In this document: in pieces, positions 10,520 through 23,600 of the stretch | Numbering within the stretch: the first letter of the stretch is position 1 | Layout of the letters: each line of letters opens with the position of its first letter | Origin: Centroscyllium fabricii | Taxonomy: Eukaryota | NCBI GenBank assembly: GCA_051313645.2 | Contig: JBNRSN020000003.1 | Span: forward strand, 215,822,001-215,886,000 | Length of the DNA stretch: 64,000 nucleotides | Direction of reading: 5' to 3' | Notes under the pieces: generated by a model | What the model saw: only the letters and a program-made list of their open reading frames with translations | The model's database searches: none | Told to the model about the DNA's origin: nothing | Translations under genes and position numbers: made by a program

Positions 10520-11490
10520 GGGAGAATGAGCAGAGGCCTCGCAGAGCAGGACAAGCTGCTAGAAGAGGTCGGAGGTCGGGGGAGAAGGCCCCTTAGCTGG
10601 AGGCCATGTCTGCCCAGGGAGCAATTGTCCTACTTGAACATCAGCAACAACCAATATCTGAGATGTCTGCGCTTCACTGAAGAGGTCGTCACTGAAACCT
10701 GCCAAATGCTGCAACCACAACTGCAACCTCAGAGCAGGGCAAGGACCGCATTGCCAGTGGCTGTGAAGGTGACCGTGGCGATGAGCTTTTATGCGTCTGG
10801 CACCTTCCAGGCTGCTGCTGGAAATATTAGCAAAATCTCACAGTTTGCAGTAGACGGCTGCATAAGGGAGGTCGCTGAGTGTGTCTATTCAATGAGAGAT
10901 AACTTAATTTGATTCCTTCTTGCCAGAGAGAAATAGCGCAAGGGTTTGCAAGGATTGCAGGCTTCTCTATGGTGCAGGGTGCAATTGACTGCATGTACAT
11001 TACTTTGCGTGCACCTCATGTCAACTCTGCCATGTACCTAAACTGAAAGGGATTTCACTCCCTCACTGTGTTGCTGGTGTGTGACCATAGGCAGCGCATC
11101 ATGCAGGTCAGTGCCCGATGTCCTGGCAGCAGTCAAGATGCATTCATTTTGTGACAGTCCTTTCTGCCAGCTGTATTTCAGCCACTATGGAAAACCAAAG
11201 GGCAGCTATTGGGTGACAAGGGCTATCCGCTGACGACATAGCTCATGACTCTGATTCACAATCCATGCACACGTGCGCAGCATGCATACAATGAGAGCCA
11301 TGCTGCCACAAGAAATGTGATAGAGCAGACCTTTGGCATGCTGAAGCACCGAATCCATTGCCTGGACCGCTCTGGAGGAGCCCTGCAGTACTCAGCTGAG
11401 CAGGTCTCAAGATTTGTGGTGGCAAACTGCATGCTGCACAACCTTGCCATCATGAGGGAAAAGCCCTTTCCAGCACCTATCAGATGATAA
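10520..11490 (+). pseudogene. Harbinger (HARBI1-like) DDE transposase pseudogene
   Basis: LRFT..., FYASGTFQ, GAIDC, KGFHS, LLGDKGYPL, YNESHAATRNVIEQTFGMLK, CMLHN; multiple in-frame stops. Confidence 0.9.
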
Positions 11491-14425
11491 GCTGAGGAGC
11501 AGGAGCACAAGGAGGAGGAAGAGGAGAAGGAGGAAGGGGAGGAGGAGGAAGGCAGGCTGCAACCTATAAAGCCCCTTTCTGCCTGGGCTGTCTGTGAACA
11601 ACTAATTCAAGTGCGATACCAGTAACCTCAACCCCAATTCCCCATTCACCAACAGCCTCACACTATGTACCTTCCATCTGTCACTGACCATCACATTGTC
11701 CTCTTGACCACAATGCAAAAATAAAAGCCAACACAAAATAAACATTCCAAACCACATTTATCAATTAAATTATGCCCTATTGCAGACAAAATTAAACTAA
11801 ACACCCTTGTGCATTCCCTTAGTGCCTGCCTTCCATGTGCCTTTGCCTGTCCTAGTGCTCCTACACAGTGCTACCCCAGTGGCTGCAGCATGGCTGGTGG
11901 AAGGCTGCTAACTTTCAGTGGTGGAGACTGCAGATGGCCGTGGAGGACGACCTAAAGCAGCTCTGGGCCCAGAAGGCCCAGCTTTAGATTGCACCATCTT
12001 GGCATAGACAACAGAAGTCTGGGCTGGCTGGCTGACAGGCAACAGCAAGGGCACCAGCAAAGTGGCAGGAGTGGGAGAATGAATACTGTCATTCTGAGAG
12101 AGAGCAGCAGGTTTGTGCTCCATCTAGCCACTGCCACACCCCTGGAGCAGTGTCTCAGAAATCCTAGTAATCTGTTGGAGGACAGATTGCTGGACTGCTG
12201 TGACACCCTGCAAGCCCCTTTGAACACTGGTATCCAGAGCCATGTTGGCAGCTATCTGAGCTTCCACTGCAGCACTCAGACTTTGGGTGGCTGCTGCATG
12301 TGCTGCAATGGAAGATGAGATATTGGCCATCAGACGCTGCATCATGGTTGTCTCTACAAGTTTGTTGATGGAGTCGGCCATTACTTCTGTTAAATTCGTG
12401 ACTACTAATTCAGTTTAGGCAAGACTCGACTCAGGAGCTGTGGATCAACAGTCTTTATTCCAGGTCAGCAGAAGGGTAACTGGCGTCAAGTGCTCCACCC
12501 AGTATCTTATATACAGTGGTAGTTAGAAGTGGTACTGCAGTTGATTACACACGCAGTATTCCTCCCATCTTATTTTACTTGTACACGTATGATATTTACA
12601 CCAAGGGAGATCTAATACGGTTAGCTAACTATTTACATACAGTCTGATTTAACTATGTTAACTCTAATGTTCAGTCTCTGGGGGGTGTCCGGTCTCGCAC
12701 CGGATATCGTTTTTCGATGACCAGCGCCGGTGGGATCCTGGGCGCCTCTTCAGATGGTGCTGGCGGAATCCTGGGCGTCTCTTCAATTGCCTCTTCGTCC
12801 GAGGTGACATCCTCCAGTAGGTCGCCCATTGGTCGCCCAGGTGAGTCCGCTGGGTTGTTGGGTGGCAACGTACGTTCCACGGACACTGTGTCTCTACTAG
12901 CACCCACGATTTGGTCAACATGGCGCCTGATGTGTCCTTTGTCAGTGTCCACGGTGTACGTCAATGGCCCCTGTCTGGCCTTGATGGTTCCTGGTTGCCA
13001 TTTGTCGCTTCGGTAGTCCCGGGCCATGACTGGTTTTCCGACCACGAAACTCCTGGTTTCACTCTCCGCGACCCTGTGGAACACTCAGTTTTCCACATCC
13101 ATCCGGATGTTCGGCTTCAGTAGGTCCAGCCGAGTTCATAGCCTCCTGTTATAAAACAAAACTGCAGGTGCATGGTTAGTTACCGCATGTGCGGCGTTGA
13201 GGTAGGCAAACAGGAAATTATCTATCTTATGCTGTAGGGGCAGCTTCCCTTCCCCCATGGCTTTGATTGCCTTTTTAAACGTCTGCACAAATCTCTCGGC
13301 CAACCCGTTCATAGCCGGATGGTATGGTGCTGACGTATAGTGTCGGATCCCGTTCCTTTTTAGAAACGACTTAAATTCTTCTGACACGAACTGGGGACCA
13401 TTATTGGAGCAAATTTGCTCAGGAATCCCGTTCCTGGCAAACATGGTCCAGAGTACCGTTACCGTCTTTTCCGCGGTAGTGAATGACATCTGTATCACCT
13501 CCGGCCATTTTGAGTGGGCGTCCACGACTATTAGGAACCTGGTGCCCATGAACGGCCCCTCTGTATTTCTGCCACGGGGATGATGGCCATTCCCATGGGT
13601 GTAACGGTGCCTGAAGAGATGCATTCTGTACTTTCTGACATCCTTGGCATTCTTTTGCCAATAGCTCTATGTCCTTGTCTATTCCTGGCCACCATACATA
13701 CGCCCTGGCTAGGCTCTTCATTTTGACCCCCCCAAGTGTCCCTCGTGCAGGTCCGCCAGGACTTTCTTTTGTAGTTTCTTGGGTATAACCACTCTGGCCC
13801 TGCACATTAGGGTGCCCCGGCATACCGACAGTTGGTCTTTCCTTGCCGCATACGCCGGCCATAGGGTTTGGTCCGCCCTGGGCCACCCTTTTATCGTGGT
13901 TTCGTATATCTTTGCCAAAGTGGGGTCATTCCTGGTTTCGCGTTCAATTTGTTGGCTCGTTACCGGTAAGTTTTCGAGTACTGCCACATGATAAATTTCC
14001 AGGGGTCCTGTTGTGCATCCTCAGGAGTTTCGGGCATTGGCAGTCGCGATAGGCTGTCAGCATTGCCGTGCTGTCTTGTTCCCTTATATACTATCGTGTA
14101 CTGGTGTGCCCCCAGGAACAATGCCCATCTCTGTAGTCTCTGGGCTGTCATCTGAGGCACCCCTTTACTGGGATGAATAATTGAGATTAAGGGTTGGTGA
14201 TCCGTCAGCATGTGAATTTTTGGCCATGTAGGTACTGATGGAACTTTTTTACTCCCCACACGAGGCTGAGTGCCTCCCTATCGATCTGCGCATAGTTTTT
14301 TTTCTGCCGCCGTCAGTGATTTTGATGCAAATGCAATCGGCCTCTCTGTTCCGTCCCTACATTTGTGGGACAGTGCTGCCCCAATGCCGTATGGTGATGC
14401 ATCACATGCCAGTCTTATTGGCAGT

Positions 14426-14691
14426 TGATACCTTATCAATAACCTCAGAAACGAGAAGTTACGTGGTGAATAAAGGCTTTTATTCGCTAAAGCTTGGGCA
14501 TGCCCCAGCTAGTCGACTGCTCCCGGAATGATCGGGGGGAGGGAGATAGTCACCTTTATACCTGTCCTGGGAGGAGGAGTCACAGGCAGAGTCAGCCCGG
14601 GCATGCCCAGACAAGCAGTACACAGAGAACTATATACACAATGTTACAGGCCATGGATATGATACAAGTATATACATAGTGGTTTACCACA
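14426..14691 (-). mobile_element. Solo LTR related to the Gypsy 1 LTR type, inserted in Gypsy 2 RNase H
   Basis: TGTGGTAA...ATCA on the minus strand, TSD GCAGT. Confidence 0.85.
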
Positions 14692-16536
14692 GCAGTCTCG
14701 GGCCAAAGTGTGCTAGCACCTCTTTGGATGTTATGAGCTGCTTGCTTTTCTTAAACGCTGTCATGCAGGCCTCATCTCAGTTCCATGGTGCTCCTGCCTG
14801 TAGCAGTTCATTCAGGGGGTGTGACACGGTCGACAAATTGGAGAGGAACTTGTGGTAGTAATTTATGAGGCCAAGGAATGACCACAGTTGTGACACGTTT
14901 TCTGGGGGCGGGGCTTTTACTACCACTGTGATCTTTTCTGGGGATTTGGGTAGGCCCGCTCTGTCTATCTCATGGCCACAATATGAGATGCGGTCCTTAA
15001 AGAATTCACATTTTTGTCAGTTTTCCCACAGGCCATGTTCTTTTAGCCTATCTAGTACCTTTTCCAGGTTGGCCAAGTGTTCCCCATCTGTTTCCCCTGT
15101 CACTAATATCTCATCCAGGTAGCATTGTGTCCCTGGGATGTCTTGTAATACCTGGTCCATGGTCCTCTGCCATATAGCTGGAGCTGATGCTATCCCGAAT
15201 ACCATTCGGTTATATTGGTACAACCCTTTGTGTGTGTTTATCATCAACAGCTTCCTGGACTCCGGTTCCACCTCCATCTGCAAATAAGCTTGGGACAGGT
15301 CAATTTTACTGAAATGCTTCCCCCCTGCCAATGAGGCGAATATATCTTCGATCCTTGGCAGTGGGTACTGTACTATTTTCAAGACCGGATTGATTGTCGT
15401 TTTGAAATCCCTGCAAATGTAGACTTTTTTTGATTCCCCTTCCTTAATTGGTGCCTTCTTGATTACTGGCACTATGGGCGTTGCCCACTCGCTCCACTCT
15501 ACTTTCGATAAGACCCCTTCATCTTCTAGGGCCTTTAATTCTGCCTCCACCACTGGCTGTATTGCGCATGGCACCACCCGTGCTTTAGCAAATTGTGGCG
15601 TGGCACCCTGTGTGATTGTGGTTTTTGCCTGAATGTTCTTCAGTTTCCCCAACCCTTGTTGAAATACCTTTGGTGTCTTTGCCAGAATCTCGGCTAGTTT
15701 CCCCGCAACCGTTGGGTCCTTGTCGTTCTTATCTTTCTTCTTTACTTGGAGTTCGTTGATGGACCTCCATCTAGGTGGATCTTCCTGATCCATTCCCGCC
15801 CTAGAAGTGGTGGTCCCCCATTCTGTAGGACATAGAGGTACAAGCCTATTACTTTCATTTCATTATATTGTACCATGACGGGTAACCTCCCCATCGTCTG
15901 GAAATTCTGTCCCGTATATGTTTTGAGGATTACTGACGTGTCCTCCAGGCACACGCCTCTAAATAGCCTTTTATAGTCCTTTTCATTTATTACCGATCGG
16001 GCTGACCCCGTATCCAGTTCCATATTTATCTTTACCCCTGCAACCTTCAGGTTTATCCACATGATGCTGCAGTCTGTGGAGTTGCATATGTTGTAAACCC
16101 TGCGGCTACCCAGCCCCAATTCTTCTCTCCTGGCAGTTTCTGACTCGCTACCTGAGCTGTCCTCGGACAGCCGGTGGACTCTTCTGCCCTTCTTGGGTCT
16201 AGTCCGGTTATCTGGCATTAGGGGCTTCCTCCTTGACCTGCAGACTTTGGCTATGTGACCTAGCTTCCCACACTGATGACAGGTTTTATCCTTGAACCAG
16301 CATTGCGCCTGGTTATGTATGGTTTTCCCACAACGATGGCACTTGTTGGTGCTTGCCATCACCTTGTGTGTGTCACAGTATGTTGTCCCCTGCCTGATGT
16401 CCGCGGCCCCCAATGCAGCCACTTCATGTGCTGCAGCTATCTTTACCGCCTGCTCCAATGTGAGCGTTGTTTTTGTCAGTAATTTTTTTTTGTGTGGCTT
16501 CATTTAATAATCCACAGACAAATCGGTCCCTCGAAT

Positions 16537-17019
16537 TGTTAACTCACTCACTCTGCGAGGAGGACCCACCCTCCTGGGGGTCTGGGTTCTTACTTTAGGA
16601 GACTAAACACATCGGTCAGTCTGTCACTTTCTCAGTAATACACAAAGTCAGAAACTGTAAAATAATTAAAGTTTATTACCCAGTACTGGTACTTCACTCT
16701 GAGAGACACCTTGTGTTAGCACAAGTAATAGCAACCCAGCAGTGCACCCCTTGCTCGCTCTGAGACTGCTATTATTTATACAATACAAAGACCTTGCAAG
16801 AAGATTAAACGTACATGTTCTGCGAATAATTCTGAAAAACGACAACAACCAATGAAAAAATAGAGACAGCAAAAACCAAATTAAATGTCAACATCTTGTG
16901 CTGACTCTTATCTTTGCAGCTGCAATATTGTTATGTCTCTATAGTTTACCTCTTTGCTTCCAACCTTTTAACCCTTGTCAAACTATAATAAAGCAATCTA
17001 GAATTAGCCAAAGTTTAGA
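16537..17019 (-). mobile_element. ~480-bp LTR-like insertion in Gypsy 2 gag
   Basis: Interrupts gag between GLAD and RDRFVCGL; TGT terminus, minus-strand TATA (tgtatataaat) and AATAAA; far end and TSD imperfect. Confidence 0.55.
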
Positions 17020-18917
17020 AATGTAATCTGCTAGTCCATTTGCAAATTGGCAGTTCTTTGAGAGTCGTCTCAACTCCATTAGATATTCTGCCTGGGACTC
17101 TCCCTTATGTTGGTCGCGCTTGAAAAATCTGAACCATTCTGCCATGAACAGTGGTTTGGGGTTTAAGTGATTCTTTAAGGCTGTTTTCATCTCCTCCAGC
17201 GATTTGTCTGCCGGTTAATCTGGCATTGATAGGGTTCTTAATAACCCGTACGTCGCTGCCCCGATTGCATTTAGCAATGCCTTATCATTGTCTGTTACCT
17301 TCTTTACTTTGCAGTAAATTTCAAAATGCTCTATATATGCTTCCCAATCTTCCTTGTCCACGTTGAATGCCCCTAAGGCCTCTGACTTCTCTATTGTTTA
17401 GTTTGGATTTCTGTCCCCCCAAAATGGCATCTTTTCGTGCCCTTTTATGTCTTTATCGTGTCTTCCCAACTCAAAATGGTGTATTTTTGCACCTCAAAAT
17501 GGCGTCTTTACGCGCCCTTTTGTGTCTTCTCGCGTCTTCCCAACTCAGGATGGCGTCTTTTCGTGCTCTTTTTCGCGTCATCCCGACTCAAAATGACGTT
17601 TCTTTGCCTCTTCCTGACTCAAGATGGCGTCTTTTCGCGCCCTTTTTCGTGTCTTCCTCGCATCTGCCCGACTCAAAATGGTGTTTCCACGCGCCCTTTT
17701 CCACGACCACCCGCTTATACTAATTGCCTTACCTTCTCCCACCACTTCGTGTGAGGTCTGGCGTGGTACCTGGTGGTCGGCTTCCCTCGGGCTCCTTTGG
17801 TGAGCGCTGCCTCGGCCGCTGGTCCTCCCGGTCCGATGCTGGAGTGCAGGCCACTGCCAACGCTTCTCCCGATGCTGGAGTGCAGGCTGCTGCCAACACT
17901 TCACCTCGCTGCTGAACTGCAGGCTGCTGCAAACGGAAGTCCCCGATGCTGGCTGCTTGCCGTCCTGGTTACTGCCAATGCTGCTCCCAATGCTGGAGTG
18001 CTGGCCGTCCTGTCTGCTGCCTACCAACTCCGTGGTACTGGACTGTGGGGTGGGTCCTTAGCTCGATGTCGCTGATGCCAATTTCTGTCTTCTGTCGCCG
18101 TAGGTTCGACCGACCTCATCGCCAGTGTTAAATCCGTGACTACTAATTCAGTTTAGGCAAGACTCGCCTCAGGAGCTGTGGATCAACAGTCTTTATTCCA
18201 GGTCAGCAGAAGGGTAACTGGCGTCAAGTGCTCCACCCAGTACCTGATATACAGTGGTGGTTAGAAGTGGTACTGCAGTTGATTACATACACAACAACTT
18301 CCATGCTGGGGTCTAAGCTCTGTGCAGAGCCCTGTGCCAAGTTGGTGCCGGACTCCGCCATGCTCCTTGACATTGAATGCAGGCTTTCTGGCAGGCTTCC
18401 CAATGCACCAAGCATTTTGGTGTGTAGACCCATCAGCCTGGCCCATCAAAGTCCTCTGCAGCAGAACTCATGTGCAACCTCGGCCTCAAACAAGCTGGCA
18501 CCTGCACTACCCTTGCCCCCTGCCCTGGCTGCAGTGCATTTGTGCCGGTGTCTCACCATGTGCAGATCCTGTCTCTAATCTGTCCTCTATGATATGCACA
18601 GTGTCTGTATCTGAGCTGGTGGCTGCGAGTGTGAAATCATCATCAGTGCCTTCTTGGTCTTCCTCCACTGGGCAAGTTGCAGTTCTTGGGTATCTGAAAG
18701 GAAAAAGGGACATGGGTAAAGTTGTGGTGAGGGGAGAGGGGAAAGTTAGAGGTGCATGTTTGCACCATCTGTAGCTCATAAGTCAGAAGAGACTGTGGGA
18801 TGAGGGGGAAGTGGGATGTGAGAACGAGGATTCGGTATGAGGATACCGTCATCTTCAATGGATTCAGCCCTGCCGCTAGCCACGGGCTCAGCAATGGCCC
18901 TTTCCATAATGGCCAGC

Positions 18918-19178
18918 ACATAGAAACATAGAAACATAGAAGATAGGAGCAGGAGTATGCCATTCGGCCCTTCGAGCCTGCTCCGCCATTCAATGAGATC
19001 ATGGCTGATCATCCAAACCCAGCACCCTGTCCCTGCCTTGTCCCCATATCCATCGATCCCTATCGAGCCTGAACCGACACATATCCCACCCTATCCCCGT
19101 AACCCCACATATTCAATCCCCCTAACACTAAGGATCAATTTATCATGGCCAATCAACCTAACCCGCACATCTTTGGAC
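18918..19178 (-). mobile_element. V-SINE (HE1-like), 5'-truncated
   Basis: gtccaaagatgtgcgggttaggttgattggcc core end plus a CR1-type tail (TTTCTATG)n. Confidence 0.85.
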
Positions 19179-20604
19179 AGTCTCCTCTATGGGAGTTAGA
19201 ACATGAAGGCGCGCCTCTCGCCCTCCGACTAATTCCTGCTGTCTCCAGTTGTGCATCACCTTCTCATGCAAAAGAAAGGGATGTGTGTCAGTGAGTGTCA
19301 TGCAAAATATTTTGGTGATGTGGCTGCCATGGTTGAATAGCTGGCTGTGTGTGCAAGGTGTGAGATGTGGGTGTGAGGCTTGCAGCAGTGCTAAGTGTGT
19401 GAGGGTGAGGTGAAGCTGATGAATGTTAGGCATGAGTCCTGATTGATAGAGATTGCTGGTTGGTGGGTGATGGGGGTGTGCTGAAGTGAGTAGTAGTTGA
19501 GGCTCACGGTACAGTTGGTGGGGTATGGCATTTGATGATGCATTTACTGACCTTAACCAATTGTGTGAAGTCATTAAAATTCTTGCAGCACTGTATCGAG
19601 GTCCACGAGGCTAGACTCCTGCCATTGACCTCTGTGGCTATCTGTTCCCACTGCCTTCTTATCATATGTCTCGAGGGCCTCCTGTCCCCCTGAGGGTACA
19701 GGACATCTCTCCTCCTTTCTACCTCCTCCGCCAAGAGCTCCAGTGTAATGCCCAAAAATATTGGTATGCTCTCTCACCCATGGTCAGCCATTGTTGATTG
19801 TTGCACAGCGCACTATTCCCAATGATCTCAGCACCTCAAGCAACCATAATGCACCTTCCCTTTAAGAAGTGCAGGCTAGCTTTAAGCAGTGCTGGCTAGC
19901 TTTAAATAGTGCTAGGTAGTAACCACATTGGGCCCCCTGCTGATGCGTAGAGCCATATCATTATAATGAGCAGGCAGCACAAATTTGGTGTGCTGCTTGC
20001 ATTACACTGAATGGGCATGGGGTAATCGCACATCGCAATCCCCTCACCCATTTTCCAGGGCTATCCAATTTAACCCCTTAGATGTTGAAGGTAAGCGCCC
20101 TGAAACAGGAAGGTGCTCTGAGCAACGTTCCCCTGAGCTGCACAGATGATTCCACGCAGGCCGCTCGCCAGCTGTTCCGCTGGGAACATTGGCTCTGATT
20201 GCTCATTTCCACCATGGATCAGAAATGGCCATGGCTGTATCTGAACGGAAATGGAGCAGTAATCAGCGCACTACTATTTTTGGCCCTCTACCAACTAATT
20301 CCCAATTGGTGGCAAACCTACAAATTTGTCCCCCAACTTGTCCTAATGAGCACAAATAAAACCTACTAAAAATTTGTATTTTAAAAAATCAGCTAAAGTG
20401 TATAAGTAAGACTGGACCTAGTGGTTTAAGGGAATAAAATTATCAGTGCAATTTGCTTCCAGTATTGCTCACTAGCAAACACCAAACCGGTCATGTATCT
20501 TCTACAACAAGGACTAATGTGCCTGTAGTGATGACAAAACAATTTTGTAGTGAGGTCAACCCTGTTTCTGTAACTGCTGTGTAATTGAGGGAAGAATAAA
20601 AGTA

Positions 20605-23600
20605 AACCTCTGTTGAAGAAGGGTAATAGAAATGACCCTGGTAACTGTTACGTTTCCGCGTCACCACTGTTAGGTTACCTTTCTGTTCCTTCGAGGTGTG
20701 TGTGCGTGAGGCTATAAGACACAGGCACAGAGAGCTTTATAACACAGGTCTTTAATGATCAATCTCCCAGGTGGAAGCCCATCGATACATTCGGTACAGC
20801 GCCTTTTATACTCAGTTGCCTAAAGCTGCACTACAGTAACCTTCCACTATACAATACAAGTTCCAGTACAGCTGCTATGCCATTGGCTCACAGGCTGATA
20901 CAGCGGCATTGCCATTGGCTCACAGACTGTCCATCATAGCCTACTCACATACACCACACTCCTCCCCCCTTACATGAGCACATCACCCCTCTTTGTTTTC
21001 ATTAACATCTTAACAACAGTACAATGTTATTATTCATAACTAGGCAATTCTACTGTGCTCATGTACTAAAATGAACATACTACAATTTTACTTGTTACAA
21101 CATGGTTGTCTAGTGACTCCTTACTTTAACATGTAACACAACATTAATAAGAGTCAATGACTTTACTGTAACATTCATCCCAAGCCCTGATATTCGGCAT
21201 AAGGATCTTCCTCCGTCGTTGGAAAAGTGTCCATGTACAGTCCTTGAACGGGTTTGCCCGTTACTGGGTTAATCTTGGTGTTAGGATGATGGTATTCGTG
21301 TTCCCTTGGTTGCTGTTTAATTTCTGCAGCACTTCTTACTGCTGACTCATGTTAAAAGCTGTCCCCAAGGTTAAATCGTTCTTCGTTAAGAGAAGTTTCT
21401 GTGTGCCAGCAATTCACAAATAAATCTGTTTCTTAATAGTTCTGTTCGCTTCAAATTTAAAAAAGTAAACACTTTCCGGTCTTCTGCTATTTCAACCCTT
21501 TCTACATAAGTGTCCCAGTTCTCGATATCATTATCGAACGCTGTTACTGTAGGGACCTTTGCCATCTTCAGGTATCTTTTCTTTCAGTTTTCAAAAACTT
21601 TTCTTTCTTTTCAAAACTTTTCTTTCTTTTTCAAAACTTTTAAAAACTTTTCAAAACTTTTCTTCCTTTTTCAAAACTTTTCTTTCGTTTTCAAAACTTT
21701 TCTTTTTCAAAACGTTTTAAAAATTTTCTTCTAAAATGGCTTCTGCCTCGCTTTGAAAATTTTACAAAATGGCTGCTGCCTCGTTTTGATTTTCAAAATG
21801 GCGTTCGCCTTTCTCCTTTCCTAAGATGGCGCTCACCTTCCACGATGCTTGCAGCGCCCTTTACAACGCTACTTCAGGGTAAGGGAAAAAAAAAATGACT
21901 TCCTCAGCCCCTCTTTCCCTTCCCTCCCCATTCTTTCGGGTTCCTCCTGCAGGTAAAAAAAACAAAAAACGGCTTCCTCAGCCCCTCTTTCCCTTCCTCC
22001 CCGTTTTTGCAGGTTCCTGCCGTGATCCCCGTGGTCTCCTCGGTGGCCTGGCATTACTATGTCCCCAGCAGTGGCCTTCCCCACCCCCAGACACAGCGTT
22101 CCCCCTACTAAACCACCGGGGGCTTCCCGACTCACCCCGTGTCAATTACAGCGGCGTCAGTCTCTTCAACGCCTGGACATCGATCTCCTCTGCCGTTTGC
22201 TGGAGAGTCAACACTGACCCTCCACAGCTGCTTTGCTTGACGTTCCTGCCCTCAGGCTGCCTGTTTGCTGGCCAGCCTGTTTTTCAGGTTTGTCTGTGCT
22301 CTGTGTTTGGAGCTGCTTCTTGCCCCAGCCTCTGGTTCTGCCTCCAGGCCGTTTTTAAACAGTGATTTTCTGGCTGCTCCTTCTTTGGATTGCCCCAGTC
22401 TTCAGACTTTTTCTGAGAGTCACTGCAGGTCCAGATTTACCCTCTATCTCATCGCCACTGTTACGTTTCCACGTCGCCACTGTTAGGTTACCTTTCTGTT
22501 CCTTCGAGGTGTGTGTGCATGAGGCTATAAGACACAGGCACAGAGAGCTTTATAACACAGGTCTTTAATGATCGATCTCCCAGGTCGAAGCCCATCGATA
22601 CATTCGGTACAGCGCCTTTTATACTCAGTTGCCTAAAGCTGCACTACAGTAACCTTCCACTATACAATACAAGTTCCAGTACAGCTGCTATGCCATTGGC
22701 TCACAGGCTGATACAGCGGCATTGCCATTGGCTCACAGACTGTCCATCATAGCCTACTCACATACAGCACAGTAACTATAGACCGGTTAGTCTTACTTCG
22801 GTGGTCGGTAAGTTAATGGAAAAGGTCCTGAGGGATAGGATTTATGACCATTTGGAAAGGGGCAACGTAATCCGGAATAGTCAACACGGATTCGTGAAGG
22901 GTAAATCGTGCCTAATAAATTTGATGGAATTCTTTGAGGAGGTAACTAAGTGTGTAGATGAAGATAAGGCAGTTGATGTCATGTACATGGATTTTAGTAA
23001 GGCGTTTGATAAGGTTCCCCATGGACGGCTCATGATGAGAGTAAGGAGTTGTGGGATAGAGGGAAATTTAGCCGAGTGGATAAGTAACTGGCTAGAAGGC
23101 AGAGGGTGGTGGTGGATGGAAAATACTCGGGCTGGAGACCAGTCACCAGCGGTGTGCCACAGGGGTCGGTGCTGGGTCCTCTGCTATTTGTGATCTTTAT
23201 CAATGACTTGGAGGAGGGGGCTGAAGGGTGGGTCAGTAAATTTGCGGATGACACCAAGATAGGTGGAGTAGTGGATGAGGTGGAGGAAAGTAATAGGCTG
23301 CAGAGAGACATTGACAGGATGCAGAGCTGGGCCGAAAAGTGGCAGATGGAGTTTAACCCTGACAAGTGCGAGGCGATTCTTTTTGGTAGGACAAATATGA
23401 ATATGGAGTACAGGGTCAGTGGCAAGGTTCTGAAGAATGTGGAGGAACAAAGGGATCTTGGGGTTCATATCCATAAATCACTGAAGGCTGCCACTCAAGT
23501 GGATAAAGCTGTAAAGAAGGCCTATGGTGTGCTGGCATTTGTTAACAGGGGATTTGAGTTTAAGAACCGTGGGGTTATGCTGCAACTGTACAGGTCCCTG

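Larger units (their letters stand above)
12388..18296 (-). mobile_element. Ty3/Gypsy LTR retrotransposon 2 (Mag clade-like), decayed
   Basis: 171-bp LTRs 12388-12558 and 18126-18296, TSD ACTTC, PBS TGGCGATGAGG (tRNA-Ser type) at 18114-18124, PPT at 12559-12571; two CCHC knuckles, ELDTGS, SEWATPIVPV, YPLPRIED, integrase HPAMNGLAER. Confidence 0.95.
11880..19782 (-). pseudogene. Harbinger Myb/SANT-like DNA-binding gene, 3 exons (~19555-19782, ~18845-19265, ~11900-18692), interrupted by a SINE and Gypsy 2
   Basis: LAEEVERRRDVLYP...WEQIATEVN...WTSIQCCKNFND is a Myb/SANT motif; exon 2 KVMHNWRQQELVGG; polypyrimidine acceptor at ~18693. Confidence 0.8.
10030..20078. mobile_element. Decayed two-gene PIF/Harbinger DNA transposon (left end uncertain, may extend to ~2970)
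   Basis: Convergent DDE transposase (+) and Myb/SANT gene (-); probable right TIR aatttaacccc at ~20068-20078. Confidence 0.8.

Noticed and set aside
10502-11490. Domesticated host HARBI1 with a NAIF1/MSANTD partner
   Set aside because: Many stops and frameshifts, nested insertions in the Myb gene, and a transposon-like convergent layout
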